64,000 bases of DNA from an uncultured Candidatus Actinomarina sp. GTDB taxonomy: Bacteria; Actinomycetota; Acidimicrobiia; Actinomarinales; Actinomarinaceae. Shown here piece after piece: positions 56,806 to 64,000 of this stretch (the stretch's first letter is position 1; the number at the start of each line of letters is the position of its first letter). Location of the stretch: the NCBI GenBank assembly GCA_902555055.1, contig CACDQN010000001.1, forward strand, positions 39,820 to 103,819, written 5' to 3'. The position numbers were made by a program, and so were the translations under genes. The notes beneath the pieces are model-generated. The model was not told the origin of the DNA. It did no database searches and saw nothing but the letters and a program-made list of their open reading frames with translations.

Positions 56806-57947
56806 ACAAAAAGATAAGTAAGTTTTCTCCAGAACCATTCAAGCGGACCATATCTCCACTTATCTAAAATTGGTTTTGACCAGTATATTTGCAACCCCCA
56901 AATAATGACTATATACAGAACTAATTGAGACCTTGAAAAAGTTCCAATTCCAAATAAACTGCCAAGCACAAATACACCAAGCAATGTTTGAGTTATATAG
57001 TTTGTAAATGCCATCTTCCCACATGCACGTAATCTAGTTGAAATACTTTCTCTGAGTTTTATATTCATTATTGTTAGCAACCCAACATAGCCAAGCACCA
57101 TTGGAATTACTGAGAAAGAAAGCCAGAACCAGCTTGTAATTGCAGTTGCAGCGCTGTATTCAGTTGAGACACGCAAATAAATACTATAAATTGAAAAAGG
57201 TAAACCTATGCAAAATCCATAAAACATCAATTTTTTATAAAAATTTAAACCTCTTGTTCCTTGAATAACGTTTAGTCTATACAGTAAAATTCCAACAACC
57301 ATTAAAGCTATTGCTCTCAAGAAGCCATCTAGAACAAACATAAGTCCTATTATATTTCCAAACTCAGATTCCCCAGGAAACCAAAACTTTCCTAAATTTA
57401 AAGAACCACCCTCACTTGCAGCAACTACCCAGGCTGAATCTAAAATTAAATTTCCAGAATTGTCATATATAGAATCAATATAATTTATGAGCAAAAGGTC
57501 TATGACAACAAGAAAGGTGATAAAAAATATTGTTATTTTATTATTTTGAATTTGAGGAAATAAAACTATGCAAAAAGCGCACAAAGCATATGATATGAGA
57601 ACATCTCCTTCCCAAATTGATATGTGAATAATGCCGAATAATAGTAATAAAAAGTTTCTCCAAAAAGATAGTAATTTAGGTCTTTTAACTTTTTGTTTTG
57701 CATTATCAAGAAAAATCATTAATCCTACACCAAAAAGCATTGAAAATAAGCCCATCATTTTAAATTCAAAAAATACTGAAGAGATAACGATAACAATCCA
57801 ATCTAGTAAATTTTCAGCACCATATGTAGAGTGATTAAATAAAGCTGTAATTGGTAAACCAAATGATATTACATTTATTATAAGTATTCCAAGAACAGCA
57901 AAGCCTCTTATGAAATCAAGATTTGTAATTCTTTGAGAAGAATTCAC
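56802..57947 (-). CDS. DUF418 (YeiB-like) membrane protein
   Basis: 381 aa. N-terminal RITNLDFIRGFAVLGILIINV and C-terminal GPLEWFWR motifs. Confidence 0.75.
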   Translation of the reverse strand: MNSSQRITNLDFIRGFAVLGILIINVISFGLPITALFNHSTYGAENLLDWIVIVISSVFFEFKMMGLFSMLFGVGLMIFLDNAKQKVKRPKLLSFWRNFLLLLFGIIHISIWEGDVLISYALCAFCIVLFPQIQNNKITIFFITFLVVIDLLLINYIDSIYDNSGNLILDSAWVVAASEGGSLNLGKFWFPGESEFGNIIGLMFVLDGFLRAIALMVVGILLYRLNVIQGTRGLNFYKKLMFYGFCIGLPFSIYSIYLRVSTEYSAATAITSWFWLSFSVIPMVLGYVGLLTIMNIKLRESISTRLRACGKMAFTNYITQTLLGVFVLGSLFGIGTFSRSQLVLYIVIIWGLQIYWSKPILDKWRYGPLEWFWRKLTYLFV

Positions 57948-57951
57948 TCAA

Positions 57952-58167
57952 TTAATCTTCTTCTGAATAACTTTTATTGAACATCCACAAGACGGTATAG
58001 GCTAGGGCAAGACCAAATATATAGAAATTAAAGTTTGTAAGCTCATTAATTTCCAATCCAAAAATACCATCCACTATAGCTATCACAACTCTGAGGAGTA
58101 TTCCAGAACCAATTAACCGGCCAAAACTAAATTTTTTTAAAAATGAAATAATATTTCCTGTATCCAT
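57952..58167 (-). CDS. Small two-TM membrane protein (71 aa), hypothetical
   Basis: Hydrophobic ORF between hspR and the DUF418 gene on the same strand. Confidence 0.45.
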   Translation of the reverse strand: MDTGNIISFLKKFSFGRLIGSGILLRVVIAIVDGIFGLEINELTNFNFYIFGLALAYTVLWMFNKSYSEED

Positions 58168-58177
58168 AAAATTTATT

Positions 58178-58567
58178 TTATAGGGTTCTTCTAATTGTTT
58201 TCTCAGTTTTTTTAACTATTTCATTTTTGTAGCTTTGATGAATTTCTTTCTCTTTGGTTTTAGAATCAATTTTTTGGTTTGAAATTTCATTTTCTAAAGA
58301 AACAATCTTATCCTGAAGTTCTTCAATTTTTTCTTTCATCTCATAAATTATTTTTATACCGTCTAAGTTAATTCCCCTTTGAGATAAATTTTGAATTTGA
58401 ATCAGTTTATCTATATCTTCTTGGGAATACCTTCTAGTACCCCCTCCAGTTCTGAAAGGCTTAATTAACCCTTTTTGTTCATAGGTTCTAATTGTTTGCT
58501 GGTGTATACCGGAAAGAGTAGCTGCAACAGAAATAAAATAAATTGCTTTTGAATCTTCCTTACTCAT
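58178..58567 (-). CDS. hspR: Heat-shock repressor HspR (MerR family)
   Basis: 129 aa. MerR-type HTH (YFISVAATLSGIHQQTIRTYEQKGLIKPFRTGGGTRRYS). Last gene of the dnaK-grpE-dnaJ operon, as in Actinobacteria. Confidence 0.88.
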   Translation of the reverse strand: MSKEDSKAIYFISVAATLSGIHQQTIRTYEQKGLIKPFRTGGGTRRYSQEDIDKLIQIQNLSQRGINLDGIKIIYEMKEKIEELQDKIVSLENEISNQKIDSKTKEKEIHQSYKNEIVKKTEKTIRRTL

Positions 58568-59429
58568 CTAAATACTCTCTCGGTGAGTTACCAGATTCAA
58601 ATTGGTCTCTAAATTTTTCAAGATGTTTTTTGGCTGATCTTGATAGGTTTGTTGGTGGAGTTATAAACACCTTTACATATAAATCTCCAGGTCTTCTACC
58701 TTGTGGAGAAATTCCCTCTCCTCTAATTTTAAAAGTTTTTCCGCTTGGAGTTCCTGATGGAATTTTTAATGTAACTGATTTTGTAAGTGTTGGAATTTTT
58801 ATACTGGCACCTAAAGCAGCTTCTGAAAATAATAATGGAACTTCGAGTATTAGGTCCATGTTTTTTCTTTTAAAAAACTTATGTGGCTCGACTGAAACTT
58901 GGACTAATAAATCTCCATCTGGCGCTCCAGCAGCTCCAGGGCCACCTCGACCCCTCAGTCTTATTACACTTCCATTATCTACACCTGCTGGTACCTTAAT
59001 TTTTAATGAATCACTTTCTAAAGGGAGAACAACTTCAATACCAGAAGCAGCTTCGAGAAATGATATATTGATATTAGTTTGATATGTTTGACCTTTTCTT
59101 CTTCCTCCAAAACCAAAAATATCACCTAGATTTTCAAAAATATCACCAAAATCATCAACAGTAAATCCCTGACTACTAAACCCTCCGAATCCGGATGCAC
59201 CCATTGAACGCATTTGGTCGTATTCTTGTCTTTTTCTCTCGTCTCCTATTACAGCATTAGCTTCAGAAACTTCTTTAAATTTTTTTTCTGCTTCAGGGTC
59301 TCCGGGATTAAGATCCGGGTGGTTTTCACGAGCTAGTTTTTTATATGCTTTTTTTATATCATCTGTACTCGCATTTTGGGGTACACCTAATATGGCATAG
59401 AAATTCTTATCTAGCCAGTCTCTACTCAC
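58560..59429 (-). CDS. dnaJ: J-domain co-chaperone DnaJ, class II (no Cys-rich zinc-finger domain; CbpA-like)
   Basis: J domain (YAILGV...HPD), G/F region, then directly the C-terminal substrate-binding domains. No CxxCxGxG repeats. Confidence 0.88.
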   Translation of the reverse strand: MSRDWLDKNFYAILGVPQNASTDDIKKAYKKLARENHPDLNPGDPEAEKKFKEVSEANAVIGDERKRQEYDQMRSMGASGFGGFSSQGFTVDDFGDIFENLGDIFGFGGRRKGQTYQTNINISFLEAASGIEVVLPLESDSLKIKVPAGVDNGSVIRLRGRGGPGAAGAPDGDLLVQVSVEPHKFFKRKNMDLILEVPLLFSEAALGASIKIPTLTKSVTLKIPSGTPSGKTFKIRGEGISPQGRRPGDLYVKVFITPPTNLSRSAKKHLEKFRDQFESGNSPREYLDE

Positions 59430-59913
59430 TTTTTACTTTTACCATTGATGGACGAATTAAATTACCTTGAAACATGTACCCTTTTCTTAATACAGCATCA
59501 ACCACTTGTAAATCTCCCTCGCCAGTATGCTCAACAGCTTCATGAATAGATGGGTCAAAACTTTCTCCCACGGTTCCCACTTCTTCTAATTGTAAATTTT
59601 CCAGTATTGACTGAAGAAGGCTATTAAAAGCTTCCGTCTCTTTACTAATTTCATCTTGTGACATAGCCATTTCAAAATTGTCAATTAGTGGAAAAAGGGC
59701 ATTAATAAAATATGCTAAAGTGACAGAACTTATATTTTCTTTCTCTTTTTCAGCCCTTTTTTTATAATTGTCAAAGTCTGCAGCTAGCCTAAGGTGGTCG
59801 TCCTTAATTTTTTCATATTGAGAAAGAGGAACACTAGGTTCTTCAGGTGTTTCTTCGACCCCTTCTGTTGAATCACTATCTACTTCCTCAACAGGGAGTT
59901 CTTCTTTACTCAT
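59422..59913 (-). CDS. grpE: Nucleotide exchange factor GrpE
   Basis: 163 aa. [12 protein letters not shown] and C-terminal beta-domain motifs. Confidence 0.92.
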   Translation of the reverse strand: MSKEELPVEEVDSDSTEGVEETPEEPSVPLSQYEKIKDDHLRLAADFDNYKKRAEKEKENISSVTLAYFINALFPLIDNFEMAMSQDEISKETEAFNSLLQSILENLQLEEVGTVGESFDPSIHEAVEHTGEGDLQVVDAVLRKGYMFQGNLIRPSMVKVKSE

Positions 59914-61714
59914 CCTCTACAACTTCACCTTCGACTACATCATCTGACTCATCTGAAGATGGGTTAGGAGAGTCATTTTGAGTCTCTGCATATAATTTTT
60001 CTGCAAATGATTGACTAGCTTTTGAAAGATCTTCAATACAAACTTTAAGGTCATTTATAGCTACATCATCACCTTCTAGTAATTTTTTTAACTTATCATT
60101 AGCCTCTGTGATTGCGGTTACTTCCTCTTCGCTTGCCTTATCTTTATTGTCTTCAAGCATTTTTTCTGTTGAAGTTACCATTCCCTCAGCCATATTTCTT
60201 GTTTCAATAAGCTCTTTCTTTTTAGCATCTTCATTAGCATGTTGTTCTGCATCTTTTATCATCCTGTCAATTTCATCATCTTCGAGAGCAGTACCTCCAG
60301 TAATTGTGATTGCTTGCTCTTTACCTGTTCCAAGATCTTTAGCATTAACATTTACAATTCCATTAGCGTCAATATCAAAGGTAACCTCTATTTGGGGCGT
60401 TCCAGCCATTGCAGCTGGTATATCTGTTAATGTAAATCTACCTAAAGACTTATTACCGGATGCCATGTCTCTTTCGCCTTGAAGAATATGAATTTCAACT
60501 TGAGTTTGGTTATTTTCAGCAGTACTAAATACTTCTGACCTTTTAGTCGGTATTGTAGTATTTCGCTCTATCATTTTTGTCATGATGCCACCCTTAGTCT
60601 CTACTCCTAAAGTAAGAGGAGTCACATCTAAAAGTAATACATCTTTCACATCACCTTTTAAAACTCCAGCTTGAATAGCAGCACCTGAAGCCACAACTTC
60701 GTCAGGATTAACACCTTTATGAGGGTCTTTACCTGTTAATGTTTTTACAAGTTCCTGAACAGCAGGCATTCGGGTTGAGCCACCAACTAAAATAATGTGA
60801 TCTATTTCTGAAAATTTCATACCAGCATCAGATAGAGCTTTTTCTACTGGTTCTTTAGTACGCTCAACTAAATCTGCAGTAATCTTTTCAAATTCTGATC
60901 TACTAAGTTTTTCAAGTAAATGCTGAGGGCCTGCATCATTAGCAGTAATAAATGGTAAATTTATTTCAGTTTCACTTGTTGAAGATAATTCAATTTTTGC
61001 CTTTTCAGCACCTTCTTGGACTCTCTGAATGGCCATTTTGTCTTTTGAAAGATCTATTCCGGTTGATGATTTGAATTTTTCAATTAACCAATCGATGACT
61101 CTTTGATCCCAATCATCTCCACCTAATTTAGAATCACCAGAAGTTGATTTTACTTCAAACACACCTTCAGAAATTTCTAATACTGAGACGTCAAATGTAC
61201 CTCCACCAAGATCGAAAACAAGTATCTTCTGATCTTCACTATTTTCAAGGCCATATGCTAGTGAGGCTGCAGTTGGCTCGTTTATTATTCTTAAAACATT
61301 TAATCCGGCAATTTGTCCAGCTTCTTTTGTTGCTTGTCTTTCTGCATCGTTGAAATAAGCAGGTACAGTAATAACAGCTTCAGTTACATCATCTCCTAAA
61401 TATGATTCAGCATCTCTTTTAAGCTTTTGGAGTATTCGTGCTGAAATTTCTTGTGGGGTATATTCTTTGCCTTCGAAAGTTTCTTTCCAGTTTGTTCCAA
61501 CCTGTCTCTTAATTGATCTAACGGTATTATCAGGATTTGTTATTGCTTGTCTTTTTGCTAACTCTCCAACTAGAACTTCTTCAGATTTAAACGCAACGAT
61601 AGATGGAGTAGTGCGGTTACCTTCGGCATTAGCTATTACAGATGGCTCACCACCTTCTAGTACTGCTACAACACTGTTTGTAGTCCCTAAGTCTATTCCA
61701 ACGGCTTTTCCCAT
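59906..61714 (-). CDS. dnaK: Chaperone DnaK (Hsp70)
   Basis: 602 aa. [25 protein letters not shown], acidic C-terminus. Confidence 0.98.
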   Translation of the reverse strand: MGKAVGIDLGTTNSVVAVLEGGEPSVIANAEGNRTTPSIVAFKSEEVLVGELAKRQAITNPDNTVRSIKRQVGTNWKETFEGKEYTPQEISARILQKLKRDAESYLGDDVTEAVITVPAYFNDAERQATKEAGQIAGLNVLRIINEPTAASLAYGLENSEDQKILVFDLGGGTFDVSVLEISEGVFEVKSTSGDSKLGGDDWDQRVIDWLIEKFKSSTGIDLSKDKMAIQRVQEGAEKAKIELSSTSETEINLPFITANDAGPQHLLEKLSRSEFEKITADLVERTKEPVEKALSDAGMKFSEIDHIILVGGSTRMPAVQELVKTLTGKDPHKGVNPDEVVASGAAIQAGVLKGDVKDVLLLDVTPLTLGVETKGGIMTKMIERNTTIPTKRSEVFSTAENNQTQVEIHILQGERDMASGNKSLGRFTLTDIPAAMAGTPQIEVTFDIDANGIVNVNAKDLGTGKEQAITITGGTALEDDEIDRMIKDAEQHANEDAKKKELIETRNMAEGMVTSTEKMLEDNKDKASEEEVTAITEANDKLKKLLEGDDVAINDLKVCIEDLSKASQSFAEKLYAETQNDSPNPSSDESDDVVEGEVVEDE

Positions 61715-61737
61715 AATGTTAATCCTCTCTTAAGTGT

Positions 61738-61938
61738 TTAATTAATTTCTTGCTCTCTAGGTAGGTGACCACGTACTCTTGGATAGGAGACTGGTGCATG
61801 AAGAAAGCAAAATTTCTTTTTGTTATACATGCTTATTACAGTTTCACAAGATTCAAATTCACAGACACGACCAGAAGTGTATTTTTTTGACCTTCTAATA
61901 CCTGGTTTAACTTGTGATGCAGTTAATGTTCCACTCAT
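61738..61938 (-). CDS. Small Cys/His zinc-ribbon protein (66 aa), paralogue of 37165-37359; first gene of the dnaK operon
   Basis: MSGTLTASQVKPGIRRSKKYTSGRVCEFESCETVISMYNKKKFCFLHAPVSYPRVRGHLPREQEIN. Same C-x4-C-x12-C-x2-H spacing. AGGAG RBS. Only 23 nt separate its stop from the dnaK start. Confidence 0.75.
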   Translation of the reverse strand: MSGTLTASQVKPGIRRSKKYTSGRVCEFESCETVISMYNKKKFCFLHAPVSYPRVRGHLPREQEIN

Positions 61939-61970
61939 TTTTTCTCCTAATCTATATAATAAATTATATA

Positions 61971-61996
61971 AAATCTAAGTAAATATACTTAGATTT
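61971..61996. promoter_or_regulatory. HAIR-like inverted repeat AAATCTAAGT-AAATAT-ACTTAGATTT, candidate HspR operator
   Basis: Perfect 10-bp arms (11 if the first spacer pair is counted). On the minus strand it is followed immediately by TATATAAT, then AGGAG and the ATG of the 61738-61938 gene. It resembles but does not equal CTTGAGT-N7-ACTCAAG. Confidence 0.45.
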
Positions 61997-62099
61997 AATT
62001 AAAAATATATCATATATCAGAATTTATGCAAAACATTTTCAAATAAATTTTAAATTTTCAAAAATTAGTAACTTATCACCCACCTGATAGTATTAAATA

Positions 62100-62900
62100 A
62101 TGGAAAAAACCGATATTCATATAATTGGTCTAGGTAACCTTGGTTCCGCTTTTCTTGAGGGATTAATGACATCTAATAAAGAACATTCAATAAAAGTATA
62201 TGAATTAGATACCAGTGTTTTAGAGGTTTATGAAAAAAAATATCCAGAAAATGATTATTTTAATAGTTTCGATGAATTCAAGTCCGGTGTGTTAATTTTG
62301 TGTGTAAAACCACAATCGATTAATGAAATTTTTGTTCAAATTAAAGACAAGATTCACGAAGGTGTTTTAATTTGCTCCCCTGTTGCGGGATTAGACATTG
62401 ATCATATTGAAAAATCAATAAGTAATAAAATAATAAGAATTATGCCAAATTTACTAATTAGAAATAATAAAGGTTTTATTCCTTATTCTAAAAATTATGA
62501 AAATGATTACCTAGATTTTATTCAATCAACTCTTAATCATCTAGGCAGAACAAAAGAATTTTCCGAACAATACTTTCCGGTAATTACGGCATTATCAGGT
62601 AGTGGACCAGCATGGTTTTTCCTACTCTCCAATGAGTTAATTAATGCTGGAAATAAATTGGGACTTTCAAACCAGGAATCAGAAATACTTGTTAATGAGA
62701 TTATCAAAGGTCTACCAGAGTTAATATCTGATGATGTTACATACCCAGATCTTATTAGTAAAGTTAAGTCCCCTAAGGGAACAACTGAAGCTGGGCTCAA
62801 TTCGCTTAAAAATGACTCCTTTGATACAATAATTCTCAATGCCATTGAAAAAGCCACACAAAGATCAATTGAATTATCAAAAGAGTTAAAAAGTGAATAA
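62100..62900 (+). CDS. proC: Pyrroline-5-carboxylate reductase
   Basis: 266 aa. IGLGNLGSAF Rossmann motif, SPKGTTEAGL C-terminal signature. Confidence 0.9.
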   Translation: MEKTDIHIIGLGNLGSAFLEGLMTSNKEHSIKVYELDTSVLEVYEKKYPENDYFNSFDEFKSGVLILCVKPQSINEIFVQIKDKIHEGVLICSPVAGLDIDHIEKSISNKIIRIMPNLLIRNNKGFIPYSKNYENDYLDFIQSTLNHLGRTKEFSEQYFPVITALSGSGPAWFFLLSNELINAGNKLGLSNQESEILVNEIIKGLPELISDDVTYPDLISKVKSPKGTTEAGLNSLKNDSFDTIILNAIEKATQRSIELSKELKSE

Positions 62901-64000
62901 AATATTCAAAAATTTTAAAGCAAATGATTATGTACTTCTATTTTCCGCCGGAGCATCTATAGGAACTCTTTTTTTATGGGGCGCAAGTTATATATTCCCT
63001 GAAGGAGAAATAGTTGGAGGTAGAAGAGTATTTGAAAATATTCCAAAAGTTCTTCAATATATTTTTTATGTTCTTAGTGCTGCGACAATTTTTATTTCTG
63101 GGTATCTCTTTTCCTTAAGAGTTAAAAATTGGACTAGAGGTACGGAGGAAAAAAGAAAAGTAAAACTAAGCCAACGAATTTTTAGTTTTCTTGACGGCAT
63201 AACTATGAGAACAGTTTTGAGATTCAAAGCTGCTGGTTTAATGCACTCATTAATATATGTTGGATTTCTGGGATTATTTGCAGGAACTGTCACCTTAGAG
63301 GTTCATCACTTATTGCCACCTTCTTTAAAATTTTTACAAGGCACTACCTATATCATTTATTCGTTCACCTTAGAGCTTGCGACCATTGCGTATTTAACAG
63401 GTTTATTTTGGGCTTTGGCAAGAAGGTTAAGAGGTGCTGAATACAGAATTCAAACAAAAACAACATCTGATGACTATTTAACACTTTCACTTTTAATTTT
63501 TATAGGTATTTCTGGAATTACTACTGAAGCTGGTCGAATAGCCTTAGAGGGGTTTCCCGACTATGAAAAATGGTCCTTCATAGGTTATGCTTTTGCTGAT
63601 TTAATAAACCTCACTAACCCGAGCTTATTTCATAGAGTTTCCTGGATACTACATGTTGTCTCCTTCTTTGTCTTTCTTATTGCAATTCCTTTATCTAAAT
63701 TAAGACACATTTTTACTTCACCAATCAATATGTTTATGTCACCAAAAGAACGACATAAAGGTGCCATGAGGGATATTGGAAACTTACTAGAAGCAGAAGA
63801 TATTGATAATGTTGGGGCAGGAATAATTGATCACTTTACATGGAAACAGTTAATGGACTTAGATGCATGTACGGTTTGTGGAAGATGTACTTCAGTATGT
63901 CCTGCTAATCAGACTGGGAAATCTCTTGATCCAAGGGAAATAATATTAAAAGTTGGTCAAGTTATGTCGGAGTCAGGAGATCCAGCAGTTCCAGCTACAG
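62893..64000 (+). CDS. Membrane-bound iron-sulfur oxidoreductase (NarI-like TM domain plus 4Fe-4S ferredoxin motif; heterodisulfide-reductase-related); 3' end off window
   Basis: Open to the window edge, so it is not in the track. Hand translation from GTG 62893 (overlapping the proC stop) gives several TM helices, then DLDACTVCGRCTSVCPANQTGKSLDPRE. The start codon is uncertain. Confidence 0.75.
   Translation, partial: MNKIFKNFKANDYVLLFSAGASIGTLFLWGASYIFPEGEIVGGRRVFENIPKVLQYIFYVLSAATIFISGYLFSLRVKNWTRGTEEKRKVKLSQRIFSFLDGITMRTVLRFKAAGLMHSLIYVGFLGLFAGTVTLEVHHLLPPSLKFLQGTTYIIYSFTLELATIAYLTGLFWALARRLRGAEYRIQTKTTSDDYLTLSLLIFIGISGITTEAGRIALEGFPDYEKWSFIGYAFADLINLTNPSLFHRVSWILHVVSFFVFLIAIPLSKLRHIFTSPINMFMSPKERHKGAMRDIGNLLEAEDIDNVGAGIIDHFTWKQLMDLDACTVCGRCTSVCPANQTGKSLDPREIILKVGQVMSESGDPAVPAT

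Noticed and set aside
58543-59082. 179-aa ORF (+) antisense to dnaJ
   Set aside because: A long antisense frame is common opposite Gly-rich chaperone genes. DnaJ motifs on the minus strand are unambiguous.
60108-61733. ORFs 60108-60482, 60239-60430, 61144-61353 and 61467-61733 (+) inside dnaK
   Set aside because: They are antisense or out of frame relative to a full-length, highly conserved DnaK.
63066-63293. 75-aa ORF (-) near the window end
   Set aside because: It lies inside a continuous plus-strand frame (62893 to the window end) that encodes TM helices and a CxxCxxCxxxCP ferredoxin motif.
1-64000. CRISPR arrays, rRNA genes, transposases, prophage or toxin-antitoxin/defence modules
   Set aside because: I saw no regularly spaced direct repeats, no rRNA-like GC-rich blocks beyond the tRNAs and the riboswitch, and no integrase, transposase or phage-like ORFs among the translated frames.

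Overview
AT-rich, very tightly packed bacterial chromosome segment. It holds about 75 protein genes with frequent 1-30 nt overlaps, 6 tRNAs, no rRNA, no CRISPR array and no recognisable transposase, integrase or phage genes. The gene content is actinobacterial: crgA, a PASTA-domain PknB kinase with a PP2C phosphatase, a dnaK-grpE-dnaJ-hspR operon, a PAC2 protein, a bS22-like mini ribosomal protein, ask-asd, and tRNA-Ile/tRNA-Ala outside any rRNA operon. Together with the low G+C and short spacers, this suggests a streamlined, low-GC marine or planktonic actinobacterium of the Candidatus Actinomarinales type. That placement is inference only. Most of the window is ordinary core metabolism (serS, dnaX, murJ, lysC/asd, dcd, purA/purB, proC, an Aap/Bzt-type amino-acid ABC transporter, copZ/copA, peptidases, channels). 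The observations most worth a second look are: (1) an unannotated SelW/Rdx-like gene at 39396-39632 with an in-frame TGA exactly at the CxxU redox position, with that TGA in the loop of a perfect 9-bp hairpin and the gene's stop overlapping the start of a TauE/SafE permease; (2) two paralogous 64-66 aa Cys/His zinc-ribbon proteins of unrecognised family (37165-37359 and 61738-61938), one behind a perfect TGTGA-N6-TCACA box upstream of copZA, the other heading the dnaK operon behind a HAIR-like palindrome; (3) a bS22-like gene whose two halves are in different frames across A-runs; (4) an A10 run in dnaX with stops in both alternative frames, the architecture used elsewhere to make gamma; (5) a TadA with PDxxC instead of PCxxC next to its substrate tRNA-Arg(ACG); (6) an Lnt homologue with Ser at the nucleophile Cys position; (7) a TPP riboswitch in front of a sodium:solute symporter (thiV-like). 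All family assignments come from motif recognition by eye. No database search was run.
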